Source: Hyphomicrobiales bacterium (lineage in GTDB: Bacteria; Pseudomonadota; Alphaproteobacteria; Rhizobiales; Beijerinckiaceae). From it: 64,000 bases of DNA. Under the pieces are notes generated by a model. It ran no database searches and had not been told where the DNA came from. It worked only from the letters and a program-made list of their open reading frames with translations. The DNA lies in NCBI GenBank assembly GCA_031373545.1, contig JANMMT010000216.1, positions 1,978 to 65,977 on the forward strand. Direction: 5' to 3'. A program made the translations under genes and the position numbers. Within the stretch, counting starts at the first letter, position 1. Every line of letters begins with the position of its first letter. This document shows positions 1-10,080 of this stretch, one piece after another.

Positions 1-699
1 ACAGGCGTGGGGTTCGGCGTGTTGCGCCAGCCATGGGATGTCTGGGCGCTCGGCCTCTACGGCCTGTTCGGCTACCATGCGCTCTACTTCACTTCTCAGA
101 AGCTCGCGCCCCCTGCGGAGGCGGGACTCATCAACTCGCTCTGGCCGCTGCTGATCGTGCTGTTATCGGGACTCTTGCCGGGCGAGCGCTTGCAGGCGCG
201 CCACATCATCGGGGCCATTCTGGGCTTTGGCGGCATCGTGGTGCTGGCGCTGGGGCGCGGCGAACTCGGGTTCTCACCCAGCGCTTCCACAGGCTATGCC
301 GCCGCACTTGGCTGCGCGCTGGTGTGGTCGACCTATTCGGTGTTATCGCGCTTCCACAGCGGCGTGCCGAGCGAGGTTGTCACGGGGTTTTGCGCTGTCA
401 CGGCCCTGCTGTCGCTCCTCTGTCATCTCTTGTTCGAGACGACAGTGTGGCCCGCGAGTTTCTCAGTGTGGTTCTGCGTGGTGGCGATGGGGCTTGGTCC
501 GGCAGGCGCCGCCTTCTTTCTGTGGGATCATGGCATCAAGCGCGGCGACATACGTCTGCTCGGCACGGCGAGTTATGCCACACCCGTGGCCTCCACGTTT
601 CTGCTCGTGCTGTTTGGCTATGCGCAGGCGCATTGGTCGCTGGGCGTCGCCTGCCTGCTGATCGTCGGCGGCGCGGTGGTGGCCTCGCGCAAGGCTTAA
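1..699 (+). CDS. EamA/DMT-family transporter, C-terminal portion (5' end outside window)
   Basis: The frame is open from nt 1; track ORF 7..699 begins at an internal GTG. The product is all hydrophobic helices with a duplicated EamA-like pattern (GLINSLWPLLIVLLSG, GTASYATPVASTFLLVLFGY). TAA stop at 697-699. Confidence 0.7.
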   Translation, partial: TGVGFGVLRQPWDVWALGLYGLFGYHALYFTSQKLAPPAEAGLINSLWPLLIVLLSGLLPGERLQARHIIGAILGFGGIVVLALGRGELGFSPSASTGYAAALGCALVWSTYSVLSRFHSGVPSEVVTGFCAVTALLSLLCHLLFETTVWPASFSVWFCVVAMGLGPAGAAFFLWDHGIKRGDIRLLGTASYATPVASTFLLVLFGYAQAHWSLGVACLLIVGGAVVASRKA

Positions 700-703
700 A
701 AGA

Positions 704-2005
704 TCACTGCCGCAGCGCATTCGCCTGCAATTGGCGCATGGGCTTCAAGAGATAATCCAGCACCGAGTGACGCCCCGTAAGAATGTCCACCTGCGCGACC
801 ATGCCAGGCACCACCGGCTTGCCGGGGCCGAGATTGGCGGCGCTGGCCGTCAGGCGCACACGAAAATAGGGCTCGCCCTTGTCATCCTGAAGCGCATCCG
901 GGGAAACATCCAGCACACGGCCCTTGAGGCCGCCGTGAATCGAATAATCGTAGGCCGAAATCTTGATGACGGCCGGGAGACCCGGCCAGACCTCCGCACG
1001 GTCCTGCGGCGCGAGGCGCGCCTCCACCACAAGCGAATCATCCAGCGGCACGATCTGCACCAGCGGCTCACCGGACTTCACCACACCGCCGATGGTGTTG
1101 ACCTGCAGCTTGTTCACAAAACCCGCGATCGGAGCAAAGACCTCCGAGCGGCGGCTGCGGTCCTGCATCGCACTGATGGCCTCCTCCAGCTTGGCGGCCT
1201 GAAGGCCGGCCTCACGGCGCTCCTTCTCGGCTTCCGAGCGGAACTGCGCCGTGATCTGCTCGCGGCGGCGGCGGATTTCATTGATGGCGGTCTCGCTGCG
1301 GGAAATCTCGATGCCCATTTCGCCGATCTTCGATTCGATCTGCTGCAGGCCGCGTTCCGCATCGAGCATGTCGTTCATCGAGACAGCCCCCTGCTTGTGC
1401 AGGCGACGCAGGCTGTTGACGCGCGGAATGATCAGTTCGCGTTCACGCAACAAGTTGCTGACCCGCGTACGCAGTTCGGAGACTTCCAGCTCTTTCTGGC
1501 GCACCTGATCATCCGCCACGCGGATTTGTGCCTCCAGTCCGCTCACACGGGCATGGAACAGATCACGCTCCTTGGCCGCGATGTCGGGCAGTTCCACCTG
1601 AACCGCAAAATCGACCTCGAAGGTGGTTTCCCCAGCGCTCTCGGCCTCCAGCCGCTTGATGGTGAGGCGGCGCGCCTTCAAATCCAGCGAGGCCTGCGAA
1701 AGTTCGGATTTGGAAAAGCTGTTGTCGATGCGCAGCAAGGGCTGGCCTTCACGCACCTGCTGTCCCTCGCGCACCAGAATTTCCGAAACGATGCCACCCT
1801 CGAAGTGCTGGATCACGCGGTTGTTCGTCTGCGGAATCACGCGCCCCGTGCCCCGCGTCACGCGGTCAAGCACCGTCAGATATGCCCAGAGGATGAAGGC
1901 GACAAAACCCGCTGCAACAACCCAGACAAACAGCACATGGGCCCGGCGCGCAATGGCATCGGACTGGCGTTCATGGGGCGGGGCAGGACCAAACACAGCA
2001 CGCAT
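704..2005 (-). CDS. HlyD-family type I secretion periplasmic adaptor
   Basis: N-terminal membrane anchor (HVLFVWVVAAGFVAFILWAY), then the HlyD lipoyl-like motif (VIPQTNNRVIQHFEGGIVSEILVREGQQVREGQPLLRID). A long coiled-coil follows, and the C-terminus reads MVAQVDILTGRHSVLDYLLKP. Start placed at ATG 2005 (MRAVFGP...); the ORF stays open to 2125 but that extension would overlap the divergent ABC gene. Confidence 0.85.
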   Translation of the reverse strand: MRAVFGPAPPHERQSDAIARRAHVLFVWVVAAGFVAFILWAYLTVLDRVTRGTGRVIPQTNNRVIQHFEGGIVSEILVREGQQVREGQPLLRIDNSFSKSELSQASLDLKARRLTIKRLEAESAGETTFEVDFAVQVELPDIAAKERDLFHARVSGLEAQIRVADDQVRQKELEVSELRTRVSNLLRERELIIPRVNSLRRLHKQGAVSMNDMLDAERGLQQIESKIGEMGIEISRSETAINEIRRRREQITAQFRSEAEKERREAGLQAAKLEEAISAMQDRSRRSEVFAPIAGFVNKLQVNTIGGVVKSGEPLVQIVPLDDSLVVEARLAPQDRAEVWPGLPAVIKISAYDYSIHGGLKGRVLDVSPDALQDDKGEPYFRVRLTASAANLGPGKPVVPGMVAQVDILTGRHSVLDYLLKPMRQLQANALRQ

Positions 2006-2046
2006 GTGCGCGAACCTAGCGCGCGCTGGTTTACGCGCCCTTAACC

Positions 2047-4281
2047 ATGCGGACGCAACAACAGCTTGATATGTCTGATGACTCTTCCCCTGCGCCGAAG
2101 ACCCGCGCATCCAATGCACCGGCACCTCTGCTGCCTGGCGGCATGAGGCGTGCGCTCGGGGTGCCTTCCCATCCGCTGGCGGATCTCAAGCGCCTCGCCC
2201 TGCGGATCGGCGCGGGCGATGCGGCGGTCAACCTGCCGGAGATCACAGGATTGCCCGGTCCGCAGATGATCGAGGATCTGGGCCAGCGCCTCGGCGTGAC
2301 ATTTCTGCTGGTCACACGCGACATCGGCGCGCTCACCTCTGCCGATTGCCCTTGCGTGGTGCTGCTTGCCGATGGCACCAGCCGCCTTGTGCTGGAGGCC
2401 CATGACAATGGCGCGCTGGTTCTGGCGGGGGATGGCACCTCCCCATCGCGCGCGGACAGGCGCATGCTGGCGGCCTCCGCGACCGGCGGGGCGTTCATCG
2501 CCCGGCGCAACGAGCGCGAGGAGGTGGATGTGTCACCGGGTGTGGTGCCCGCGCGTGCCACTACAGCCAACCCCGTGATATCTTTTCTGCTGAAAACCGC
2601 GTTCGAGCGCCGGCAATTGATCATTGCGCTGGCCGTGGCGGGACTGCTCTCGGGCCTCATCAATCTGGCAGTGCCCATCTTCACGATGGTGGTGTTTGAC
2701 CGGGTGATTCCGCACGCTGCCTTCGAAACGCTGTGGGCGCTGCTGATCGGCGTGGGCTTGCTGCTGGGCGTGGATTTCACTCTGCGCCATGTGCGCCACG
2801 CCCTGCACGATGCGGTGTCGGTGGCCGCCATGACCCGCATGGGCGGGCGCTTTTTCAGCCGCCTCATTCACATGCCTCTTGGCAACGCGCCCGTGCAGGC
2901 CGGGCCGTTGCTGCAACCCTTCAGCGAAATGAACGCCGCCGCCCAGGTGGCCCCGCAGTTCATGGCCGGGCTGATGGTGGATGTGCCGTTCTTCCTCATT
3001 GTCGTCGGCCTCATGGCGGCGCTCGGCGGATGGATCGCCGCAGTGCCGCTGGTGGGCGTGGTTCTGCTCGCACTCACCTACTGGATCGGTCACAGGCTCT
3101 CCACGCGCAACCTCAGGGAGGAGCACCGCCTCAGCCAGCGCCAGACGCAGGCGATGATCGACGCCGTGAACTCCGGCGAGATGATCCGCGTGACAGGCGC
3201 CGGGCCGCAGATGGTTCGCGCCTGGGAAGAGCGGGCCGATGCCGCCGCTCTCGCGGGCCATGCCTTCCGCAGCCAGCAGAACATGGCCAACCACGCGGGG
3301 GCCGTGATCCTGCAGCTTGTCACCATCGGCACCGTGGCGGGCGGCGCCTATCTGGTCAGTGCTTCGCTGATGACGGTGGGCGCACTTTCGGCCTGCATGA
3401 TGCTGGCGAGCCGCGCTGTCATGCCGATCGCCACACTGCTGGCGCAGGGTTTTCGCCTGCAACAGCTCATGACCACCACGGCAGGGGTCGGCAGCATTTT
3501 GAGCGCGCCTGCCGAGCAGGGGCAGGATGCCTCGCAGGCCGGGCGCGGTTTGTCCATTGCGGGGGCTTACACGCTGAGCAGCGTCAGTTTCACCCATGTG
3601 GAAGCCCCCGCCAAGGCGCTGGATTCAATCACCCTGCGCATTGAGCCGGGCGAGCGCATCGCCATCATCGGCAAATCCGGTTCGGGCAAAAGCACGCTGC
3701 TGCGCCTTCTGGCGCTGCTGCATCCCGCCAGCGCAGGCAGCCTGCACATCGACGGCCGCGATGCCCGCCAGCTTGATCCAGTGGCGCTGCGCCGTGCTGT
3801 GGCGCTGATGTCCCAGGACCCTTACCTCTTCGATGCACAGCTTGAATCCAACATGACTGTTGGTCTCGCCGCGCCTGACCCCACGTGGTTCCGCCATGTG
3901 GCAGGTCTCACCGGCGTCGCCAGCTTTGCGGACAAGCACCCGGCGGGCTACAGCCTCACGACAGGCCCCGGTGGGCACAAGCTTTCGGGCGGCGAGCGCC
4001 AGAGTGTGGCGTTGGCCCGCGCGCTGATGGGTCAGCCCAAGCTCCTGCTGCTCGACGAACCCACTGCCGCCATGGACAACGAGCGCGAGGCGCGCATCAT
4101 CCAGGCGCTCAGCACCGAATTGCAGACAGGCGCGCTGCAATCCACGGGGCTGGTCGTTGCCACGCACCGCATGCCGATTCTGGCCCTTGTGGATCGCATC
4201 ATCTGGATGGATGGCGGGCGCATCATCGCCGATGGCAGCAAAACCGAAATGATGGCGAAGTTGTCGCAGAAGGCCGCGTGA
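2047..4281 (+). CDS. Type I secretion ABC transporter (permease/ATPase) with N-terminal C39-like domain
   Basis: A ~170-aa N-terminal domain resembles the HlyB-type C39-like domain (CPCVVLLADGTSRLVLEAHDNGALVLAGDG...GGAFIARR). A six-helix TMD follows, then an NBD with Walker A GKSGSGKST, signature LSGGERQ and Walker B LLLLDEPT. Alternative starts at 2071 and 2143. Confidence 0.85.
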   Translation: MRTQQQLDMSDDSSPAPKTRASNAPAPLLPGGMRRALGVPSHPLADLKRLALRIGAGDAAVNLPEITGLPGPQMIEDLGQRLGVTFLLVTRDIGALTSADCPCVVLLADGTSRLVLEAHDNGALVLAGDGTSPSRADRRMLAASATGGAFIARRNEREEVDVSPGVVPARATTANPVISFLLKTAFERRQLIIALAVAGLLSGLINLAVPIFTMVVFDRVIPHAAFETLWALLIGVGLLLGVDFTLRHVRHALHDAVSVAAMTRMGGRFFSRLIHMPLGNAPVQAGPLLQPFSEMNAAAQVAPQFMAGLMVDVPFFLIVVGLMAALGGWIAAVPLVGVVLLALTYWIGHRLSTRNLREEHRLSQRQTQAMIDAVNSGEMIRVTGAGPQMVRAWEERADAAALAGHAFRSQQNMANHAGAVILQLVTIGTVAGGAYLVSASLMTVGALSACMMLASRAVMPIATLLAQGFRLQQLMTTTAGVGSILSAPAEQGQDASQAGRGLSIAGAYTLSSVSFTHVEAPAKALDSITLRIEPGERIAIIGKSGSGKSTLLRLLALLHPASAGSLHIDGRDARQLDPVALRRAVALMSQDPYLFDAQLESNMTVGLAAPDPTWFRHVAGLTGVASFADKHPAGYSLTTGPGGHKLSGGERQSVALARALMGQPKLLLLDEPTAAMDNEREARIIQALSTELQTGALQSTGLVVATHRMPILALVDRIIWMDGGRIIADGSKTEMMAKLSQKAA

Positions 4282-4373
4282 AGGCTCTGCCGTTTTGTGC
4301 GCTTACGATCCGTTAACCATATTCGCACCACAGTCGCCCGGTGAGGCATGCTGCTTCGCGCGAGGAGAAGCCG

Positions 4374-4589
4374 ATGACACACATCGTGCCCTTTCCCAGC
4401 GCCCCAAAACAGCGCCAAACGACCGGGCAATCCCGTTCGAATGCAACCGGGCAGAAGGGCACAATCCTGCTTTTCACCGGCGTGCGCTACGAGCGGCATT
4501 CTGATCCAGCACCTGCGGCGGATGCCGCTGGTGCACGCGGCAGGGGCACTGATCCCCGCAGCGGACGGAAATCCCGGCGTCGGGCGTGA
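4374..4589 (+). CDS. Small basic hypothetical protein (71 aa)
   Basis: ATG at 4374 is preceded by GAGGAG (4362-4367) at good spacing. Product: MTHIVPFPSAPKQRQ...GTILLFTGVRYERH...RKSRRRA. The ILLFTGVRYER core resembles small alphaproteobacterial hypothetical proteins I recall, but I cannot name a family. Confidence 0.4.
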   Translation: MTHIVPFPSAPKQRQTTGQSRSNATGQKGTILLFTGVRYERHSDPAPAADAAGARGRGTDPRSGRKSRRRA

Positions 4590-4630
4590 ACGGGCGCAAG
4601 GGTTCAGGCGTTCATATTGCGGTGCAGGCC

Positions 4631-5473
4631 ATGGTCGCCAGCGCCGCCCTTTTGCTTGGAGCATGTTCCTCAGATCACACAGGTGACTTTGGCCGCCGCA
4701 AGTATGGCCTGATCACCGGCACGGTGCTGCCCAAAACCGGGCTGATGGCGGCGTGGTGGCGCGGCGAGCCGGTGTCGCTCAACCCTTTCACCGACGACGA
4801 AATCGAGCTGCGTGACCGGGCCTGGCGTTTTCTGATGCCCGCCAGCGACAAGGCCAACCTGCAAATGAAGCTGGCCGAGCTGAGCTACACGCGCGTGCTG
4901 CCGCCCCTCCCGCACTCCGGGCGCAGCCATTATCACCTGCTGCTGATGACCGAGGATTACCGCTCGGTGGCCTCGCGCTATCAGCGCATCGGCTCTGATG
5001 TGGAGGCGGACCGTCTGCTGATGGTGCCGTTCTCGCAAATCGCCGCGCGGGTCTGTGCAGCCGACCGCATGCGTGTGCAGGGCCTCAACCATGTGGCCAA
5101 CCTGAACCCCACGCAACGCGAGCAGGCGCTGGCCCGCGTCATCGAAAACCGCACGCTGGTGGATTGGGTGCGCCGCGACATGCGCGAGCGCGCAGGCGCG
5201 TACCGCTTCGCGCTGGAACACCTCTCCGTGGAAGCACCGATGGCGCAGGCGATCCGCGCGGAGCAGGCCCTGATCGCGCTGGAAGCGGCGCAGCAGACGC
5301 TGGATTACTGGGACGGCTGCGGCGGTGCGGGCTTGAGCCTGTCCCGCGCCAACGGTGTACCTGCACGCATCACGGCGCACGGGACAGCCGAAGTGCGCGA
5401 GCGCTATGCGCCCGCAAGCCCGACCGATATCAAGGATGGGCGCGGGATCATCGGGGCAAGGCCGCCGAAGTGA
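4631..5473 (+). CDS. Hypothetical lipoprotein
   Basis: Internal ATG 4631 gives MVASAALLLGACSS, a lipobox with Cys. The rest is soluble and helix-rich, with no family I recognise. The track ORF starts at an upstream GTG (4586). Confidence 0.6.
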   Translation: MVASAALLLGACSSDHTGDFGRRKYGLITGTVLPKTGLMAAWWRGEPVSLNPFTDDEIELRDRAWRFLMPASDKANLQMKLAELSYTRVLPPLPHSGRSHYHLLLMTEDYRSVASRYQRIGSDVEADRLLMVPFSQIAARVCAADRMRVQGLNHVANLNPTQREQALARVIENRTLVDWVRRDMRERAGAYRFALEHLSVEAPMAQAIRAEQALIALEAAQQTLDYWDGCGGAGLSLSRANGVPARITAHGTAEVRERYAPASPTDIKDGRGIIGARPPK

Positions 5474-6710
5474 ATTGCGCGTCGAAGGCGAGCACGGTTT
5501 CAAGCAGCACCTGCGCGCCGGCGCCGCAATCGGCCAGTGTCGCCGACTCGGTTTCATTGTGGCTGACACCGCCTGCGCAAGGCACGAAAATCATCGTGGT
5601 AGGCACCACGCGCGCCAGATACGCCGCATCATGGCCCGCGCCCGACACAATTTCCCGACACGCATGCCCCGCCTTCTGCGCCCCCGCCCGCACGGCGGCG
5701 ATCAACACCGGATCAAACGCTGTCGCCGGGTTGCTCCAGATGCGGTTCTCCTCGAATGTCAGGCCCAGCGGTTCCAGCGTCGGGCCAAGGTTGGCGCGAA
5801 ACGCCGCCTCCATCTGATCCAGTACAGCATCGTCGGGATGGCGCAGATCGACCGCGAAGTTCACGCTACTGGCCACCACATTGGGGGAATTGGGCGACAC
5901 ATCCAGCCGCCCTACAGTTGCCACCGCATGCGGAGCATGGGTAAGGCCCACGGCGTGCACCGCCTCCACCATGCGCGCCGCGCCCAGCAGCGCGTTGCGG
6001 CGCAAATGCATGGGCGTTGCCCCGGTGTGCGCCGATTGGCCCGTGACCGTCACCTCATACCAACGCACGCCCTGCACGCCGGTGACAACGCCAATGGTGC
6101 AAGCCTCCGCCTCCAGAATCGGCCCCTGCTCGATGTGCAGCTCAATGTAGGCGCTCAGCGGATGCTGCCCCACGGGTTCCGCGCCTCGATAACCGATGGC
6201 ATCGAGCGCATCGCCAAAACGCACGCCGTCCGCATCCTCTATGGCGTAGGCTTCCTGCTCGGGAGTCGCCCCCACAAACACAGCGGAGGCCAGCATGGCG
6301 GGCGCAAAGCGCGCGCCCTCCTCGTTGGTCCAGTTGATTAGCTCCAGCGGCGCATGGGTTTCAAAACCTGTATCATTGAGTGTGCGTAGCACTTCGAGCC
6401 CGGCGAGCACGCCCAGCACACCGTCGAATTTGCCGCCGGTCGGTTGTGTATCAAGGTGCGACCCCATGGCGATGGGAGGCAGGTCAGCGCGCAAACCTGC
6501 GCGACGCGCAAACATGTTGCCCATGCTGTCCACGCTGACGCTGCAACCCAGTGCCTCGCAGGCCTTGCGGAACCATTCGCGCACCTCGCTGTCTTCCTCG
6601 GACAACGCCAGGCGCTTGATGCCACCGCCAGCCGTACCCCCCATGCGCGCGGTCTCCATGAGATCATCCCACAGACGTTGCGGATTGATCGCCAGGTTGG
6701 GGCGGCCCAT
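5448..6710 (-). CDS. M20-family Zn-dependent amidohydrolase (N-carbamoyl-amino-acid / allantoate amidohydrolase type)
   Basis: MGRPNLAINPQRLWDDLMETARMGG...IAMGSHLDTQPTGGKFDGVLGVLAGLEVLRTL...NWTNEEGARF...SAHTGATPM is typical of AmaB/AllC/HyuC enzymes. ATG 6710 lies 2 nt after the gcvPB stop. Confidence 0.8.
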   Translation of the reverse strand: MGRPNLAINPQRLWDDLMETARMGGTAGGGIKRLALSEEDSEVREWFRKACEALGCSVSVDSMGNMFARRAGLRADLPPIAMGSHLDTQPTGGKFDGVLGVLAGLEVLRTLNDTGFETHAPLELINWTNEEGARFAPAMLASAVFVGATPEQEAYAIEDADGVRFGDALDAIGYRGAEPVGQHPLSAYIELHIEQGPILEAEACTIGVVTGVQGVRWYEVTVTGQSAHTGATPMHLRRNALLGAARMVEAVHAVGLTHAPHAVATVGRLDVSPNSPNVVASSVNFAVDLRHPDDAVLDQMEAAFRANLGPTLEPLGLTFEENRIWSNPATAFDPVLIAAVRAGAQKAGHACREIVSGAGHDAAYLARVVPTTMIFVPCAGGVSHNETESATLADCGAGAQVLLETVLAFDAQFTSAALPR

Positions 6711-6712
6711 GC

Positions 6713-8293
6713 TTACTCCGCCGCTGCCGCAATGGGCTCTGGCGGAGTCCATTTCAGCACGGGTGCGCGGGCGGCGCGGGTTTCATCCAGCCTGCGGCGC
6801 GGGGCATGGAACGGCGCATTGGTGAAGCGCTCCGTCTCGCCGCGCTTGGCCGCCATGGACAAATCCCTCAATGTGGCGATGAACAGGTCGAGTGCCGCGC
6901 GGCTTTCGCTCTCCGTCGGCTCCACCAGCATCGCCCCGTGCACCACCAGCGGGAAATACATGGTCATGGGGTGATAGCCCTCGTCGATCATGGCTTTGGC
7001 AAAATCGAGCGTGGTGACGCCTGTGTCCTTCAGCCAGCTGTCATCGAACAGCGCCTCGTGCATGCAGGGCTGATCGCCGAACGGCTGGCTCATCAAATCC
7101 TGCAAACCAACGCGGATGTAGTTGGCGTTCATGACCGCATCTTCGGACGCCTGCATGATGCCATCAGCCCCGTGGCTGAGCATGTAAGAGAGTGCACGCA
7201 CGAACATGCCCATCTGGCCATGAAACGCCGTCATGCGGCCAAAGGGCTTGATGCCTTTGCCCGCGCTTTTCTCATGCTCGACCAGCACGGCTTTCGCACC
7301 ATCGAAGCGGATGAACGGCACGGGTGCATAAGGGGCCAAGCGATCCGACAGCACCACCGGACCCGAGCCCGGACCACCGCCGCCGTGAGGGGTCGAGAAG
7401 GTCTTGTGCAGGTTAATGTGCATGGCATCCACACCCAGATCACCGGGACGCACCTTGCCCGCAATGGCGTTGTAATTGGCGCCGTCGCAGTAGAAATAGG
7501 CGCCCGCCTCATGCAGCGCGGCGGCAATCTCGATGATCTGCTTTTCAAACAGGCCGCAGGTGTTGGGGTTGGTCAGCATGATGGCCGCCACATCCGGGCC
7601 GAGCAGCTTCTTCACCTCGTCCACATGCACGGTGCCGTCGGCATCGGCGGGCACGGTCTTCACCGTGAAGCCGATGGCCGCCGCCGTGGCGGGGTTGGTG
7701 CCGTGGGCGGATTCCGGACACAGCACAACGGTGCGGGTCTTGCCCTCGCCCTTGGCCGCGATGGCCGCCTTGATCGCCATCATGCCGCACAGCTCTCCGT
7801 GCGCGCCTGCCTTGGGGCTCATTGAAACCGCGCCCATGCCCGTGAGGGTTTTAAGCCAATGGGCGAGCTGGTCGATCATGGTCAGCGCGCCCTGCACGGT
7901 GGAGACAGGTTGGAGCGGGTGAATATCCGCAAAGCCGGGCAGGCGCGCCATGCGCTCATTGAGGCGCGGGTTGTGCTTCATGGTGCAGGAACCCAAGGAA
8001 AACAGCCCCGTGTCGATGCCGTAATTCTTCTGGCTCAGGCGCACAAAGTGGCGCATCGTTTCAGGCTCCGACAGCGCGGGAATGCCGATGGGCGCGCGGC
8101 GCGCGTGCGTGCCGAGGCGGCTTTTCACGGGCTTGGGCGCAGGCAAATCCACGCCCGTGATGTCATAGCGGCCTGTCTCAAAGGACAGCGCCTCCTCGAT
8201 CATCAGGCCTTTGTTGCCTGTGAAGGTGCGATGCGCGTGCGCGTTGGCATTCGCAGCGGCGGGGGTGGTGGGGCGGCCTTGGTTGTTCAGCAT
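6713..8293 (-). CDS. gcvPB: Glycine dehydrogenase (aminomethyl-transferring) subunit 2
   Basis: GcvPB hallmarks are present: LGSCTMKHNP and INLHKTFSTPHGGGGPGSGP. ATG 8293 is preferred; a TTG at 8314 overlapping the gcvPA stop is the alternative. Confidence 0.93.
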   Translation of the reverse strand: MLNNQGRPTTPAAANANAHAHRTFTGNKGLMIEEALSFETGRYDITGVDLPAPKPVKSRLGTHARRAPIGIPALSEPETMRHFVRLSQKNYGIDTGLFSLGSCTMKHNPRLNERMARLPGFADIHPLQPVSTVQGALTMIDQLAHWLKTLTGMGAVSMSPKAGAHGELCGMMAIKAAIAAKGEGKTRTVVLCPESAHGTNPATAAAIGFTVKTVPADADGTVHVDEVKKLLGPDVAAIMLTNPNTCGLFEKQIIEIAAALHEAGAYFYCDGANYNAIAGKVRPGDLGVDAMHINLHKTFSTPHGGGGPGSGPVVLSDRLAPYAPVPFIRFDGAKAVLVEHEKSAGKGIKPFGRMTAFHGQMGMFVRALSYMLSHGADGIMQASEDAVMNANYIRVGLQDLMSQPFGDQPCMHEALFDDSWLKDTGVTTLDFAKAMIDEGYHPMTMYFPLVVHGAMLVEPTESESRAALDLFIATLRDLSMAAKRGETERFTNAPFHAPRRRLDETRAARAPVLKWTPPEPIAAAAE

Positions 8294-8310
8294 GGTTTTG
8301 ACTTTCCCGT

Positions 8311-9654
8311 TCAAATCGAAGTGCGAAGCGCAGTCACAAACGCGGCGCGATCCACATCCGTGTTCACTTCCGTGTTCGCCACGATCAGCAGGTTTTTCAC
8401 CGCCTTCTCAGCCGGCAACAACCGCGACACGGGCACACCCGCAAGCACGCCCTTTTTTGCCATTTTCTCGACCACCTTGGCGGCATCACTCGGCAGTTCC
8501 AGCGTGAACTCGTTGAAGAACGTGTCGTTCAGCACCTTCACGCCGGGCACGCTGGCCAGCATATCCGCCAGAGTCACGGCGTTGGCATGGTTGATCTGGG
8601 CAAGCTGGCGCAACCCCTTCTCGCCCAGCAGCGTCATGTGGATGGTGAAGGCGAGGCAGCACAGGCCCGAATTGGTGCAGATGTTGCTGGTCGCCTTGTC
8701 GCGGCGGATGTGCTGCTCGCGGGTCGACAGCGTCAGCACGAAACCGCGGCGGCCTTCGGCATCAACCGTCTCGCCCGACAAGCGGCCCGGCATCTGACGC
8801 ACATATTTGGTGCGGCTGGCGAAGAGGCCGATGTACGGTCCGCCAAAGTTGAGGCTGTTGCCGATGCTCTGGCCCTCGCCCACCACGATGTCTGCGCCCT
8901 GAGCACCCGGTGGCTCGATAAGGCCCAAACTCACCGCCTCCGTGAAGACGGCGATGAGCAGCGCGCCATGGGCGTGGCAGGCGCGGGCGATGGGCGCGAG
9001 ATCCCGCAGGTTGCCGAAGACATCGGGCGATTGCACAACGACGCAGGAGGTGTCGGCGTCAATGCTGGCGATGATGTCCTCGCTGGCCAGCACATCCGTT
9101 GGCAGGGCATGCACCTGATCGCTCGACATCTTGGAAAGCGTCTTGACCACCTCGGCGTAGTGGGGGTGCAAGCCGCCCGACAGCACGGCCTTGCCGCGCT
9201 TGGTGATGCGGTGCGCCATCAGCACCGCCTCGCCCGTGGAGGTGGACCCGTCATACATCGAGGCATTGGCCACATCCATACCGGTGAGGTTCGCCACCTG
9301 GGTCTGGAACTCGAAGAGATACTGCGTGGTGCCCTGCGCAATTTCAGGCTGATACGGCGTGTAGGAGGTCAGAAACTCCGAGCGCTGAATCAAGTGATCC
9401 ACGGTTGCCGGCACATGGTGCTTGTAAGCCCCCGCGCCCACGAAAAACGGGCCCGCGCCCGCCGCGCGGTTCTGCGCCGCCAGCGCGCCCAGTTCACGCT
9501 CCACTTCAAGCTCGCCCGCATGCGATGGCAGGTCGACAGGTTCAGCGAGGATCATGCCGCCCGGCACATTGGCAAACAAGGCGTTGATATCCTTGACGCC
9601 AATGCGGGCGAGCATGGAGGCGCGGTCTTCAGGGGTATGGGGCAGATAGCGCAT
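8311..9654 (-). CDS. gcvPA: Glycine dehydrogenase (aminomethyl-transferring) subunit 1
   Basis: [20 protein letters not shown]...[13 protein letters not shown]-type N-terminus. Position is between gcvH and gcvPB. Confidence 0.93.
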   Translation of the reverse strand: MRYLPHTPEDRASMLARIGVKDINALFANVPGGMILAEPVDLPSHAGELEVERELGALAAQNRAAGAGPFFVGAGAYKHHVPATVDHLIQRSEFLTSYTPYQPEIAQGTTQYLFEFQTQVANLTGMDVANASMYDGSTSTGEAVLMAHRITKRGKAVLSGGLHPHYAEVVKTLSKMSSDQVHALPTDVLASEDIIASIDADTSCVVVQSPDVFGNLRDLAPIARACHAHGALLIAVFTEAVSLGLIEPPGAQGADIVVGEGQSIGNSLNFGGPYIGLFASRTKYVRQMPGRLSGETVDAEGRRGFVLTLSTREQHIRRDKATSNICTNSGLCCLAFTIHMTLLGEKGLRQLAQINHANAVTLADMLASVPGVKVLNDTFFNEFTLELPSDAAKVVEKMAKKGVLAGVPVSRLLPAEKAVKNLLIVANTEVNTDVDRAAFVTALRTSI

Positions 9655-9695
9655 GGGGTGGCTCCTTGACCTTCCGCAAGAGAAGGGAAAACAAT

Positions 9696-10070
9696 TCAGC
9701 TGATGGTCTTCAGATAATCCTGATACTGCTGCTCGCTCATCAGGCCCTCCAGTTCTTCCTTGTTGGCAAGCTTGACTCGCATGAACCAGCCGTTGCCGGC
9801 GGGGTCTTCGTTCACGGTGCTGGGCGCGCCTTCCAGCGCGGTGTTGGTGTCCACCACCTCGCCCGTGACGGGGGCATAGACCTCGGAGGCGGCCTTGACG
9901 CTCTCGACCACGGCGGCCTCGCCGCCTTTGGACAAGGCCTTGCCCTTGGCGGGCAGTTCCACAAACACGACATCACCCAGTTGCTGCTGCGCATAGTCGG
10001 TGATGCCGACCGTGCCGACGTCGCCATCCACGCGAATCCACTCGTGGTCCTTGGTATAATGGGTTGTCAT
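9696..10070 (-). CDS. gcvH: Glycine cleavage system H protein
   Basis: 124 aa. [36 protein letters not shown] plus the lipoyl-lysine motif [14 protein letters not shown]. Confidence 0.95.
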   Translation of the reverse strand: MTTHYTKDHEWIRVDGDVGTVGITDYAQQQLGDVVFVELPAKGKALSKGGEAAVVESVKAASEVYAPVTGEVVDTNTALEGAPSTVNEDPAGNGWFMRVKLANKEELEGLMSEQQYQDYLKTIS

Positions 10071-10080
10071 GGGGGGCTCC

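Noticed and set aside
2006-2125. N-terminal 40-codon extension of the HlyD ORF, and similar upstream extensions of other track ORFs (e.g. 13071, 19531, 20612, 29689, 36196, 44425, 48782, 54234)
   Set aside because: The extensions overlap neighbouring genes or precede obvious signal peptides or conserved N-termini. Internal starts with better RBS or operon spacing were chosen instead.
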